A stretch of 64,000 nucleotides of DNA, taken from positions 484,664 to 548,663 of the forward strand of contig CAWDFZ010000005.1 in NCBI GenBank assembly GCA_963801795.1, written 5' to 3'. A model generated the notes under the pieces. That model was not told the origin of the DNA and did not search any database. It worked only from the letters and a program-made list of their open reading frames with translations. The DNA comes from Ilumatobacteraceae bacterium (lineage in GTDB: Bacteria; Actinomycetota; Acidimicrobiia; Acidimicrobiales; Ilumatobacteraceae). Position numbers and translations under genes: made by a program. Each line of letters opens with the position of its first letter. The stretch's first letter is position 1. Shown here one piece after another: positions 35,109 through 46,864 of this stretch.

Positions 35109-35187
35109 GGGGTTCCGAATCGTAGCAATCAGGCCCTCCTGATCAGGTGCGGGCTTGATCTGGAGTGCGTCGATCAGGCCCGGTCGT
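35109..35187. promoter_or_regulatory. Lower-GC 79-nt spacer with a repeated GATCAGG-like motif and a small hairpin
   Basis: atcagg-ccct-cctgat forms a hairpin at 35128-35143. gatcagg occurs at 35141-35147 and 35172-35178, with a variant gatctgg at 35157-35163. The function is unknown. Confidence 0.2.
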
Positions 35188-35943
35188 TCAGGTCTCGTCG
35201 ACCGTCCGATAGGCACGCCGGCGACGCTTCAGGCTGACCATGTCCTGGACGCCCCAGATCGTGACGAGCCAGAACGCCTCGGCGATGATCGGCAGCCCCA
35301 TCTTCGATGCTCCGGCCACGCGGTCGGTGAAGGAGATCGGCACCTCGACGACGCTCAGGCCGGAACGCACCACCCGATACGTCATCTCGACCTGGAACCC
35401 GTATCCGCTCGCCTGGACACCGTCGATCCCGATGGCGCGCAACGTGTCGGTCCGGTAGACGCGGAAACCGGCGGTCGCGTCGTTGATCGCGAGACCCAGC
35501 ATGATGGCGACGTAGCGGTTGCCCCAGCGTGACAACCAGGTGCGCCGGTGGGGCCATCCGGTCACCGTGCCACCCGGGATGTACCTCGATCCGATCACGA
35601 GCGCGATGCCCCGCTCGGCGAGATCGAGCATCATCGGCAGCATCGACGGGTCGTGGGAGAGGTCCGCGTCGAGCTGCACCACGGCGTCGTACTGCTCGTC
35701 GAGGGCGATGCCGAACGCGTGCAGGTAGGCGTCCCCGAGACCGCGCTTGGCGTCACGCTCGATGATGCGCAGGGCGGGGTCGGCCGCGGCGAGTGCGTGC
35801 ACGATCGAGCGGGTGTCGTCGGACGACGCGTCGTCGACGACCAGCACGTCGGTGGTCGGCAACACGTCCCGCAACTCGCTGATGAGACGCCCGATGTTGT
35901 CGGCCTCGTTGTGGGTCGGCACGACGACGAGCGGGCGGATCAC
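35188..35943 (-). CDS. Polyprenol-monophosphomannose synthase-like GT2 (second Ppm1/DPM1-type paralogue)
   Basis: This is the C-terminal 251 codons of ORF 35188..37095. GTG 35943 overlaps the upstream stop (GTGA). Motifs are LVVVPTHNEADNI, VLVVDDASSDDT, QLDADLSHDP, VIGSRY and TDRVAGASKMG. Confidence 0.85.
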   Translation of the reverse strand: MIRPLVVVPTHNEADNIGRLISELRDVLPTTDVLVVDDASSDDTRSIVHALAAADPALRIIERDAKRGLGDAYLHAFGIALDEQYDAVVQLDADLSHDPSMLPMMLDLAERGIALVIGSRYIPGGTVTGWPHRRTWLSRWGNRYVAIMLGLAINDATAGFRVYRTDTLRAIGIDGVQASGYGFQVEMTYRVVRSGLSVVEVPISFTDRVAGASKMGLPIIAEAFWLVTIWGVQDMVSLKRRRRAYRTVDET

Positions 35944-37228
35944 GGAATCGCCCCGAACACCGCGTACAGCCCGGTGAGCACGGCGATGCCTGCACCGCCG
36001 AGCACGAGCGTCATGTCCCACCCGGTCGTGGCCCAGTCGAGCCGGTCGTCGGCATCGGCTGCGCCCTCTGCCAGCCCTGCGCTCGCTCGCTGCCGTTCCG
36101 GCCACCAGGCGGCGACGGCGATGATGAGCGGGAACGCGGTGATCAAGAAGCGGGGACGGGCCGTGACGGTCTGGGTCACCAGCATCAGACCGACGACGAC
36201 GGCGCGAGTACGAGGCCAGCACGGGATGCAGCCGGACCTTCCAGGCGCACCAGACCATCGCCACCAGCGCGATCATCGACACAGCGGTGAGGGCGTCGGT
36301 CGGCGACGACAGCGGGTGGATGAAGAACTCAGCGGTGTTCGACACCGCGGTGGCGCCGTAGCTCGTCCCTTCCGACCAGGCCTCGCGCTGGACGCGGAAC
36401 CACGCGCCCCGCTCGCCGGCCGTGTGGTCGACGTACAGCTGGAAGAGGATGAAGCCGAGTGGCGCCAGCACGACCGCCACGAGCGAGCCCCAGGCGCGGG
36501 TCCGGCGGATCGCCAGGAAGCTGGCGACCGCGCAGGCGGCCACGAGCGCCAGCCCGTTGGGTCTGGTGGCGGTGCCGAGCATCGCGGCGATGCCGGCGAG
36601 CCACCACTGCTCGCGGAGCAGGAACAGCAGACATGCCGCGGCGAGCACGATCAGGGTCGCCTCGGAGTACGTGAACGACAGCACGAAGCTGCCGGGGAAC
36701 ACGGCGAACAGCACCATCGCCCGGGAGGCGACGCGCACGCCGTACAGCTCCCGGGCGAGGAGGCCGACGAGCAGCACGGCAACGGCGCCGAGCACGAGGT
36801 TCAGCATGATCGCGGCGAGCGTGTCGCCGCCGGGGAGCACCACGTCGACGGCACGGGCGAGCCACGGATACACCGGGAAGAACGCCGCGCGCGCCTCGTT
36901 CTGGCCGTACGTGATGTTCGGCGGGATCGAGCTCGGATACCCGTCCCGGATGATCGCGAGGTACCAGCGGCCGTCCCACGACGTCAGCACCTCGGCGATG
37001 GTGTGCGCCGCGCTCGGTTCCTGCGGCGTCGACTCCGGCGAGCCGGGCGAGCTGGCGGCTGTCGACCACCATCTGTGCGGCGCGCACGCCGGCACCGGCG
37101 AGCACGCACAGTCGGGACACGACGTAGGCGATGAGCCCGACGATCATCGCGCGGTGCCAGTCGGTGAGGCGTCGCATCGGTGCGTCCGGGGTGGGCGATG
37201 GAGCGGTGGTCGTCGGTTCGGTCATCAT
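35940..37228 (-). CDS. GT-C membrane glycosyltransferase, PIG-V/Mannosyl_trans2-like, frame-disrupted
   Basis: Motifs are WDGRWYLAIIRDGY and FFPVYPWLAR, with ~9 TM helices. Pieces are 36329..37309 (MMTEPTTT..., ATG 37228), 35188..37095 (N-terminal two-thirds) and 35940..36185. Confidence 0.7.
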
Positions 37229-37232
37229 CGAT

Positions 37233-38209
37233 TCACCAGCGCGACATCGGCAGGATTCGTTGACGCGGACCGAATTTCGGGGCCCGGTGCCCGTGCCGCA
37301 ACAGGGCACGGATGACGCGGCCGCGCTGGCCGGCGTACGGCGACAGGAGTTCGAGCATGCGTTCGTCGGTGGCGCGGGCCTCGCCGGCGAGGGCGAACCC
37401 GATGACGTTCTTCAGGTGGTAGTCGCCGACGGCGACCGCGTCGGGGTCGCCCATCGCGGTCGCCGAGCACGGTCCCGACCGTCCACGCTCCGACTCCGGG
37501 CAGCAGCCGCAGCTTGCCGGCCGCGACATCCGGCGGCGAGGTCGGCCCATTCCCAGAGCCGGGCGGGATGCCGCGCGATCTCGACGAGGGCCATCGCCCG
37601 CTTGCGCTCGATACCGAGCGGATGGAACCACCAGGCCGGGCGGCCCAGCAGGCGTTCGGGCGCCGGCGGGAGGAGGAGCCCGGGGAACGGACCGGGCGCG
37701 GGCTCGCCGAGCTCGACGCACAGACGTCGCCACTGCCGATGCGCTTCGTGGCCGGTGATGCGCTGCTCGACGATCGTCGGGAGCAGCTCGTGGTAGAGGT
37801 TCGAGCTGGCACCGATCGCGACGTCACGCGACGCGTGCAGGGCTGAGGTGACCGTCGGCGACCACCCGGCGGTGTCGACGCCCGCGAGGCCGGTGTCGTC
37901 GCTGCCGAGCATCCGCGGGATGCGCCCGGCGAGCCACTCGCCTCCGCTCCCGTAGCTGTCGACGTCCCATCCGTCGCGGTCGGGGCCGTGACGGCTCCAG
38001 CGGACCCGGACCGTTCCGGGCCCGTCGGGGGTGAGCGTGGCGTGCAGGAACGTTCCCGAGGCGGTGCGGCCACGGCCGACCGAACGGAGCACCGTGGTGG
38101 GATCGGTCCGGCCGTGCCGGAACGGCGCCAGCGTGGCGGCGATCGAGGTGAACGGTGTGTCGAGCGGACTGAGCGCGGGCACCGGTGTGGGCAGAGCGAC
38201 CGCAGGCAT
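37233..38209 (-). CDS. DNA-3-methyladenine glycosylase II family (AlkA-like, HhH-GPD), frame-disrupted
   Basis: LLPGVGAWTVGTVLG is the HhH motif, and GDPDAVAVGDYHLKN carries the catalytic Asp region. Pieces are 37412..38494 (from ATG 38209), 37225..38271 and 37233..37733. Confidence 0.75.
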
Positions 38210-38269
38210 CCGGGCGACGGTACCAGCCGCGAATCGTCGCAACGAAGCACCATCAGCAACGATGCAGCC

Positions 38270-39075
38270 ATGTCCGAAGTGGAACGCCACGAACCACGCG
38301 CCGGTGTGGTGCAACTGACGCTGAACCGTCCGGATTCGCTGAACGCGATGACGACCGGGCATGGTGGAATCGCTGCACCGCCACCTCGACGAGATCGCCG
38401 TCGACCCGGTCGCCCGAGTGGTGATCCTCACCGGGGCCGGACGAGGGTTCTGTTCCGGGCTCGACCTCGGCGGGTACGGAGCGGCACCCGACACCGATCA
38501 CCTCGGTCCGACCCAACGCGGGCTTCGCCGTGCAGAAGCACATCGCCACCCTGATCCCGCACCTGCGCTCGCTCCCGCAGCCGGTCATCGCCGCGGTCAA
38601 CGGCCCGGCCGCCGGCGGGGGATTCGCCCTCGTCCTCGGCTCCGACGTGCGCCTCGCCGCCGAGTCGGCCAAGTTCTCGGCCGCGTTCATCAAGATCGGC
38701 TTGTCGGCGTGCGACATCGGCACCTCGTGGTTGCTCCCGAGGCTCGTCGGTGCGGCGCGATCACAGGAGCTGATGCTCACCGGCCGGGTGTTCGGTTCCG
38801 AGGAGGCGCTGCGCATCGGTCTCGTGATCGAACGCGTCGCCGACGCCGACCTGGCTGATCTCGCCCTCGCCAAGGCCGAACTGATCATGTCCAACACGCC
38901 GTTCGGGGTCGCGCTCACCAAGGAGGGGATGTGGACGGCCCTCGAGATCCCGGGCATGCAGGCCGCCATCGACCTGGAGAACCGTCAGCAGATCATGGCC
39001 TCCGCCACCGCCGACCACCGCGAGGCGATGAGGGCGTTCCTCGAGAAGCGACCGCCCGAGTTCCGCAACGCCTGA
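38270..39075 (+). CDS. Enoyl-CoA hydratase/isomerase (crotonase) family, frame-disrupted
   Basis: VVQLTLNRPDSLNAM, ILTGAGRGFCSGLDL, AAVNGPAAGGGFAL and EAMRAFLEKRPPEF. Pieces are 37988..38554 (from ATG 38270), 38361..38858 and 38530..39075. Confidence 0.85.
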
Positions 39076-39145
39076 GACTCGCAGGCGATGGCGATGTTGG
39101 GTCGATAGCGCCCCGCAACTACATCGCTGAGTCGCCCGCCGGCGC

Positions 39146-40181
39146 TCAGGCGTGCGGCGGTGACGGGGGAGGGGCTGATGGTGACCGCGGTCTCCACCGG
39201 GTGGTGGCAGGCCACGAAATGGCCGTCGCCCATCGACCGCAGTTGCGGCTCGTCGGTGCCGGCACAGCTCGTCGGCGTTCGGGCAGCGGGTGTGGAACCG
39301 ACAGCCCGACGGCGGGTTGACCGGCGACGGCAGCTCGCCGACGAGATCGGCCACCGAGTGATCGGCGATCGGGATCGGGCTCGGGGATCGACTCCAGCAG
39401 CACGTTCGTGTAGGGATGCGCCGGCCGGGCGTACAGGTCGTCGCTCGGCGCCACCTCGCACAGCTTGCCGAGGTACATCACCGCGACCCGATCGCTGATG
39501 TTCTTCACGACGGCGAGGTCGTGGGCGATGAACATCAACGTCAACCCGTACTTGATCTTGAGGTCCTCGAGCAGGTTGAGCACCTGCGCCTGCACGCTCA
39601 CGTCGAGCGCCGACACCGGCTCGTCGCAGATGATCATCGTCGGGTCGAGCACGAGCGCCCGGGCGATCGAGATGCGTTGGCACTGGCCACCGCGAGAACT
39701 GGTGCGGGCGGCTCTCGGCGGCGCGTTGCGGGTCGATGCCGACCGATTCGAGGATCGTCGTCGACGAGCGTCGCCGCGCTCGGCCGGCGTGCCGCGCTTC
39801 CAGATCTCGAGCGGTTCGAGCACGCTCTCGCGGACGGTCCGGCGCGGGTTGAGCGACGAGATCGGATCCTGGAAGATCATCTGGACCTTGGTGCGCGCCT
39901 CGCGGAGCTCGCTTCGACGTCAGCGTCGGTGAGGTCCTGACCCTCGAACACGACGATGCCCGACGTCGGCTTCGGGATCTGCATGATCGCCCGCCCGGTG
40001 GTGCTCTTGCCGCAGCCGGATTCGCCGACGATGCCGAGCGTCTCGCCGCGGCGCACGTCGAAGCTGATGCCCGACACCGCCTTGACGGTCACGTCGCGGC
40101 CGGTCTTGAACTCGACGACGAGGTCCTCGACGCGCAGCACGTTGTCGCCGTCGCGCAGGTGCGCCTTGCCGGTGCCGGCCA

Positions 40182-40182
<1 letters not shown>
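39146..40182 (-). CDS. Oligo/dipeptide ABC transporter ATP-binding protein (OppF/DppF-like), frame-disrupted
   Basis: Walker [12 protein letters not shown], ..[23 protein letters not shown], and the Opp C-terminal motifs [17 protein letters not shown] and GHFVACHH. Pieces are 39877..40299 (from ATG 40182), 39146..39880, 38761..39354 and 38985..39683. The true stop was not resolved (39076-39146). Confidence 0.8.
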
Positions 40183-41297
<1,115 letters not shown>

Positions 41298-41301
<4 letters not shown>

Positions 41302-42222
41302 AGTGCGGACTCCTTGACGTCGAAGTGGCTGCGGAGGCTGGTCGCCGGCGAAGTTGAGCGACAGCACGGTGAGGAACAGCACGAGGATCGGCGCGAACGC
41401 GATCCACGGTGCATCCTCGAGGTCGCTGCGTCCGGCACCGTTCTGGATCAGCTTGCCCCAGGTGATGCCCTTCTCGACCGAGAGCCCGAGGAACGCCAGG
41501 CCGCCCTCGGCGACGATCGCCACCGCCACGCCGAGCAGCGCGAGCGCGCTCATCGGGATCACGACGTTGGGCAGCAGCTCGCGCACGATGATGCGCGGGT
41601 GCTTGGCGCCGAGCGTGCGCGCGGCGAGCACGAACTCGCGGTCGGCGAACGAGATCGTCGTCGCCCGCGACACCATGCCGACCGGCGCGATCGCCAGGAT
41701 GCCGATCGTGAACGAGATCGTGAACAGGCTGCGATTGAGCAGCGAGGTGATCAGGATCGCCAGCACCAGCGCCGGGAACGACAGCAGGACGACGAAGCAC
41801 GAACGAGATCGACCGCGTTGAACCTGCCCCGGAAGTAGCCGGCGATCATGCCGAGCGAGCCGCCGACGAGCATGCCGAAGGCGATCGCCGCGAAGCCGAC
41901 GGTGAGCGAGATGCGGGCGCCCCAGATCGTGCGGCTGAACATGTCGCGCGACAGCTGGTCGGTGCCGAACCAGAACTCCCGACGAGGGCGCGTACGGCGG
42001 ACGTTCGCCGGCGACGACGTACGACTTCTCGGGGTCCTTGAGCGGCAGCCACGGCGCGAGGATCGCGGCGAGGACGATCAGGACGATGCCAGCCGACCGC
42101 GAGCCAGAACCCGAAACCGAGTCTCGGCGCCTCTGGCGGTCACGTCGGCGGCCGGCGTGCCGGCCGAGCTCGGCGATCAGGTTCTCCTGGTCGTGCTCCA
42201 TGTGGGTGGACATGTCGGTCAT
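41298..42222 (-). CDS. Oligo/dipeptide ABC transporter permease (OppC/DppC-like), frame-disrupted
   Basis: ORF 41200..42222 plus 41751..41942. Motifs are FADREFVLAARTLGAKHPRIIVRELLPNV and a hand-read end, ...LSLNFAGDQLRSHFDVKESAL*. Confidence 0.8.
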
Positions 42223-42231
42223 CGGCGACTC

Positions 42232-43193
42232 CTATCTCCGGACCCGTGGGTCGATGAGCGAGTAGACGAGGTCGACGATCAGGTTGAGGAAGACGAACGA
42301 CCGCCGAGACGATCATCACGATCGCCAGCACGACCGGGAAGTCCTCGCGGAGCACCGCTTCGACGATCGCCCAGCCGAGGCCGGGGATGAGGAAGATGCT
42401 CTCGACGACGAGCGCGCCGCCGATCAGCGCGCCGGTCGTGATGCGCGAACACGGTGACGAACGAGAACAGCGACGGCCGCAGTGCGTGTTTGAACAGGAT
42501 CGACCGGCGCGACACGCCCTTGGCCCGGGCGGTGAGGATGAAGTCCTCCTGCAGGGTGGTGATCAGGTCGGTGCGCAGCAGCCGCTGGTACACCGCCGCC
42601 GCCGGAATGGCGAGCGTCAGCGCCGGCAGGATCAGTTGGTGGAACCGTGACGGGAGCGGATCGTCGGCCTCGTACACGAGCGGGAACCAGTCGAGCTTGA
42701 TCGCGAGGAGGTACGAGACGATGATCGCCAACGCGAAGTTCGGGATCGGAGATCAGCCAGGAACGCCGCCGACCGTGGACACCTTGTCGGCTCTCGAGTT
42801 TGCTCTCGAGGCGGACCAACAGTGCCCACGGCAGGGAGATGACCAGCGCCATGAGTCTGGGCCATGACCACCAGCGACAGCGTTCGCGGGAGCCGTTCGA
42901 CGATCAGGTCGCGACGGGCGGCTGCCCGTCCTCGCTGAACTGCACGCCGAAGTCACCCTGGACGAAGCCGCCGAGCCAGATCACATAGCGAACGGGCAGC
43001 GGATCGTCGAGGTTGTACTCCTCCTTGGCCGCCTCGATCTTCTCCAGGCTCTCCGGGTCGTCCGTCGCCCGGCCGTCGGGCCGAGGATGTTGAACAACGG
43101 ATCACCCAGGACGTTCATCGCGCCGAAGGTCAGCATGCTGATCACCAGCAGGAGCACGATCGCCCCCCCGATTCGTGTGAGCCAGTATCTCAT
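42232..43193 (-). CDS. Oligo/dipeptide ABC transporter permease (OppB/DppB-like), frame-disrupted
   Basis: The start is MRYWLTRIGGAIVLLLVISMLTFGAM (42981..43193), preceded by GGAGGA. The EAA region is DFILTARAKGVSRRSILFKHALRPS (42279..42731). The typical end, ...DLVYSLIDPRVRR*, was read by hand, with the TAG codon occupying 42232-42234. Confidence 0.8.
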
Positions 43194-43220
43194 GGTGTTC
43201 GGGACTTCCTCCGGTGTCGA

Positions 43221-45045
43221 TTACTCGGACATCCAGATGGACGAGAACCAGTTGCGTCCGTTGCGACACGCAACGCAGCGGCACGTCCTCGGGCGACACG
43301 CGGTCGCAGACGCCGTGCACGTTCTCGGCGAACGCGTTCGACCAGAGCGTGTGCGGCGAGGAAGATGTACAGGTAGTCGTCGTGGATCATCTGCTCGACC
43401 TGCTTGTACAGCTCGACCCGCTCGGCCTCGTCCGTCGGTCGCCTGGGCCTGCGAGCAGCAGCTCGTCACGTGCTCGGTCGCAGAACTTCGGCCAGTTGAG
43501 CGAGATGCCGCCGACGGTGCGGCACAGGAGCCACACGTTGTCGAGCGCCGGATCCTCGGCGCCGAACTGACGCCACAGCACGACGTTGTACTGACCGAGC
43601 GCGGCTTCCTGGATGTGCTCGTCCTGCGGGAGTCGTCTGGACGGTCACGTTGAACGACTCGCCCCAACCCTGGATCAGGAGATCGGCCGTCTGGTCGAGC
43701 ACGACGGAGCCGGCGGGATACTGGAGCTCCATGTTGATCTTGCCGTCGGAGCAGTTCTCCGGGAACTCGCCGCAGTACTCGTCGGAGAGCACCTTCGCGG
43801 CCGCCGGGTCGTCCATCTCCATGGTGACGTCCGGGTTGTAGTACGGGCTCTCCGGGATGAACCGCTGCGTCGCCGGGCGCAACACGCCGAGCCCGATCAG
43901 GTTGAGGTAGTTCTCCTCCGGGGTGGCGAGCGTGAGCGCCTCGCGGGCACGGATGTCGTCGAACGGCGCCGACGCCCGAGTTGATCATGACGAAGCTCTC
44001 TTCGCCGGTCTCGTCCTTGACCTGCTGGATGCTCGGGTCCTCGTCGAGCTTCAGGATGGCGCCCGGGTCGGAGGTCTGCAGGGCGTTGAGGTCGCCCTCG
44101 AGCAGCAGCTCGGCGCGGGTGTCGGCGTCGGGCACCGGCACGAACTCGACGGCGTCGAGGTAGACCTCGCCGTTCCACCAGTCGTCGTTGCGGACGAACC
44201 GGGTGACCGAGTCGGGCGAGCGGCTGTCGAACACGAACGGTCCGGTGCCGACCGGCTCCTGGTTGAGCGTCGGATCGGCGAGCGCCGCGGCGAGCCACGT
44301 CGGCGACGACACGTAGCCGAGCTGGCCGGTGAGCGCGCCGGGGAAGAACGCGTTCGGCTCGAGCAGGTTGAACTGCGCGGTGAAGTCGTCGATCCGCTCG
44401 ATCGGCGCCGGTCTCGGGATAGAACGGCTTCACGGCGAGGCCGACGAGCGGGTCCTGCCGTCTGCGTCTCGAAGCTCTGGATGACGGCGTCGATCGTCAG
44501 CGGGCGTGCCGTCGTGGAACGTGATGCCCTGACGGATCGTCACGCACCCACTTCGAGAAGTCGCCGTCGAGCGGCTCGACCGACTCGGCGAGGTACGGAA
44601 CGGCCTTGCCGTCGACGTCCCAGGCGGTCAAGCGTGTCGAACACGGCGTTCGCCATCATCAGGCCGGGCGCCGACAGGGCGGACGACGTGGGGTTGAGAC
44701 CGTCGACGTCGGCTTCGAGGCCGTAGCGGAGCGTGCCACCCGGCACGGGGTCACCGACGTCGGTGGTCATGCCGATCTCGATGTCGCCTTCCTGCGACCT
44801 CGGTGTCGTCCGGCGCCTCGGTGCCGGCCGGCGCCTCGGTGCCGTCCGGCGCGTCGGTGCCGGCCGGTCGCGTCGGCCGTGGCGGCGTCCGACGTGTCGA
44901 CGACCTCGGTGTCGGCGGTCGTGTCGGCGGTCGTGTCGTCGCTCGCGTCGTCGTCGCTGCCGCCGCACGCCGCGGCGATCAGCGAGAAGCTCACGAGCGC
45001 AGCGAGCCCGTATTTGGTCGCTCGCCGGGATGATCGTGTTCGCAT
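43221..45045 (-). CDS. Peptide ABC transporter substrate-binding lipoprotein (family 5, OppA/DppA-like), frame-disrupted
   Basis: ATG 45045 lies after GGGGGAG. The lipobox is LVSFSLIAAAC, followed by an acidic Thr/Asp/Ala/Pro linker. Core blocks are GGTLRYGLEADVDGLNP, EPVGTGPFVF and WWNGEVYLDAVEFVPVPD. Pieces are 44767..45045, 44540..44968, 43897..44433, 43221..44312 and 43466..43885. Confidence 0.8.
44810..44881. repeat. Four imperfect 18-bp tandem units in the SBP linker
   Basis: ccggcgcctcggtgccgg / ccggcgcctcggtgccgt / ccggcgcgtcggtgccgg / a diverged fourth unit. On the coding strand they encode GTEAP/GTDAP-type repeats. A 12-bp doublet, gtgtcggcggtc x2, follows at ~44909-44932. Confidence 0.75.
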
Positions 45046-45440
45046 CTGTACTCCCCCAGAATCGATTCTTGCTGGTGCGTGACTGGCGTCACGCTGCGCG
45101 GGACCTTAGTCCCCGACTGCTCAGGCGTAAGCGGGAGAGAATTAGCGATCCGCGTCGAGAGCGGGCACGGAGTGGAATCCGTGCTGTCGACCTGCGTGGG
45201 ACACGACGCCGCACCCCGCAGCGGCTCGCCGCCGAGCCACCGCCGGACCGAGATCCTGCGACGCACGCCGGCGGTCGCCGCCGGCGGCCGGTGTACGCCG
45301 ACCCGACATCGGACTGTCGGTCTTCACCGCCACGTTCCTCGCCGCGGGGCTGCTGCTGCGACAGCGGCTGCCGCCACTGTCCGTACGTCTCGAACCGCGT
45401 GAACCGTGCGCGCGTGGCCCGGACGTCGATTGACGTTTTG

Positions 45441-45446
45441 TACAGT
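45441..45446 (+). promoter_or_regulatory. Possible -10 hexamer (tacagt, TANNNT) for a leaderless or near-leaderless transcript
   Basis: The hexamer ends 8 nt before ATG 45455, and there is no Shine-Dalgarno sequence between them. No properly spaced -35 is present. Confidence 0.2.
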
Positions 45447-45454
45447 CGCGGCTG

Positions 45455-46330
45455 ATGTCGCTGCTGCTGCCCACGTCGCTCGACGAGGCCGTCACCATGC
45501 TCGCGGAGCACCCCGAGGCTCTGGTGCTCGCCGGTGGGACCGACCTGATGGTCGAGATCAACGACGGTCACCGCCGCCCCGACGACGTCGTGATCGCGGT
45601 CAACCGGGTGCCCGAACTCCGATCGTGGCGGCACGACCCGGCCGCCGCCACGCTGACGATCGGCGCCGCGATCACCTACACCGAACTCCTGGCTGACCCG
45701 TTGGCCGCGGTTCTCGCCGGCGCTGGCCGAGGCGTCGCGTACGGTCGGTTCCCCGCAGATCCGCAACGCCGGCACGCTCGCCGGCAACCTCGGCACGTGC
45801 TCGCCCGCCGGCGACGCGCTTCCGGTGCTCGCCGCGCTCGATGCCACGGTCACGCTGGTGTCGGCCGCCGGCGTTCGCACCGTGCCCGTTCGGGAGTTCA
45901 TGGTCGGCGTGAAGCGCACGGCGATCGAGCCGGGGGAGTTGATCGTCGAGATCACCGTGCCGACCGCTCGCGGCTGGCAGGGCTACGCCAAGGTCGGGGT
46001 GCGCAACGCCATGGTCATCGCCGTCGCCAGCGCCTGTCTCGTGGTCGACGAGTCCGAGCAGCGGATCGCGCTCGCCCTCGGGTCGGTCGGCCCGACGATC
46101 ATCCGGTGCGCCGAGGCCGAGGCAGGGCTCGGCGCCGCGCTCGACTGGGCGACGATGACGGCCGCCGACGACGATCTCGTCGCGTTCGGGCAGCTGGCCG
46201 CCGCCGCCGCCCGCCCGATCACCGATCACCGCTCGAGCGCCGAGTACCGGCGCCACGCGGTCGGGGTGCTGGCGACGCGCCTCGCCCGGCGAGCCGTTGC
46301 CGCGGGCGACGATCGACGGTGGCGGCATGA
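45455..46330 (+). CDS. Xanthine dehydrogenase/CO dehydrogenase family, FAD-binding (medium) subunit, frame-disrupted
   Basis: LLPTSLDEAVTMLAEHPEALVLAGGTDLMVE, GYAKVGVRNAMVIAV and ITDHRSSAEYRRH. Pieces are 45455..46330 and 45825..46559. The stop at 46328-46330 overlaps the next ATG (ATGA). Confidence 0.85.
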   Translation: MSLLLPTSLDEAVTMLAEHPEALVLAGGTDLMVEINDGHRRPDDVVIAVNRVPELRSWRHDPAAATLTIGAAITYTELLADPLAAVLAGAGRGVAYGRFPADPQRRHARRQPRHVLARRRRASGARRARCHGHAGVGRRRSHRARSGVHGRREAHGDRAGGVDRRDHRADRSRLAGLRQGRGAQRHGHRRRQRLSRGRRVRAADRARPRVGRPDDHPVRRGRGRARRRARLGDDDGRRRRSRRVRAAGRRRRPPDHRSPLERRVPAPRGRGAGDAPRPASRCRGRRSTVAA

Positions 46331-46864
46331 CGGACTCCGACACGACGAATCCCGACACGACGGATCTCGTCGATCACTTCGTGCTCCACGTCAACGGCGT
46401 CGAACCGGGACGTCCACGATTCGTGGCTCGGCGAGAGCCTGCTCGACGTGCTGCGCGATCGGCTCGGGTTGGCCGGCACGAAGGGCGCGTGCGAGCAGGG
46501 CGAGTGCGGGTCGTGCAGCGTCCTCGTCGACGACGTGCTCGTGTGCTCGTGCCTCGTGATGGCGGCCTCCGCGGTCGGCCAACCCGATCGTCACGGTCGA
46601 AGGGCGTGGCCCCGGCGGGCTCGCCGTCCGACGTCCAGCAGGCCTTCGTCGACGCCGGTGCCGTGCAGTGCGGGTTCTGCACGCCGGGCCTGATCGTCGC
46701 CGTCCACGACCTCGCTCGATCGCGATCCGGCACCGACCGAGATCGAGATCCGCGAGCAGCTCGCCGGCAACGTCTGCCGCTGCACGGGCTACGGGCGGAT
46801 CATCGACGCGGTCCAACGGGTCAGCGTCGCCCGCGCCCCGTCCCGTGCGGGGTCGCCATCGTGA
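46327..46864 (+). CDS. (2Fe-2S)-binding small subunit of the molybdoenzyme, frame-disrupted
   Basis: GTKGACEQGECGSCSV, QCGFCTPG and CRCTGYGRI. Pieces are 46297..47361 (from ATG 46327) and 46448..46693, with the remainder read by hand. TGA is at 46862-46864. Confidence 0.85.

Noticed and set aside
45430-45435. A ttgacg hexamer as the -35 box for the tacagt -10 box at 45441-45446.
   Set aside because: The spacing is only 5 nt, whereas 16-18 nt is needed. It cannot be the cognate -35.
45046-45454. A purine (guanine/adenine) riboswitch upstream of the xanthine-dehydrogenase-like operon.
   Set aside because: I could not find the conserved purine-riboswitch junction core (three-way junction with U/C-rich loops and a pairing P1) by eye on the plus strand. 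The putative -10 box sits only 8 nt before the ATG, which leaves no leader. A covariance-model scan is needed to be certain.
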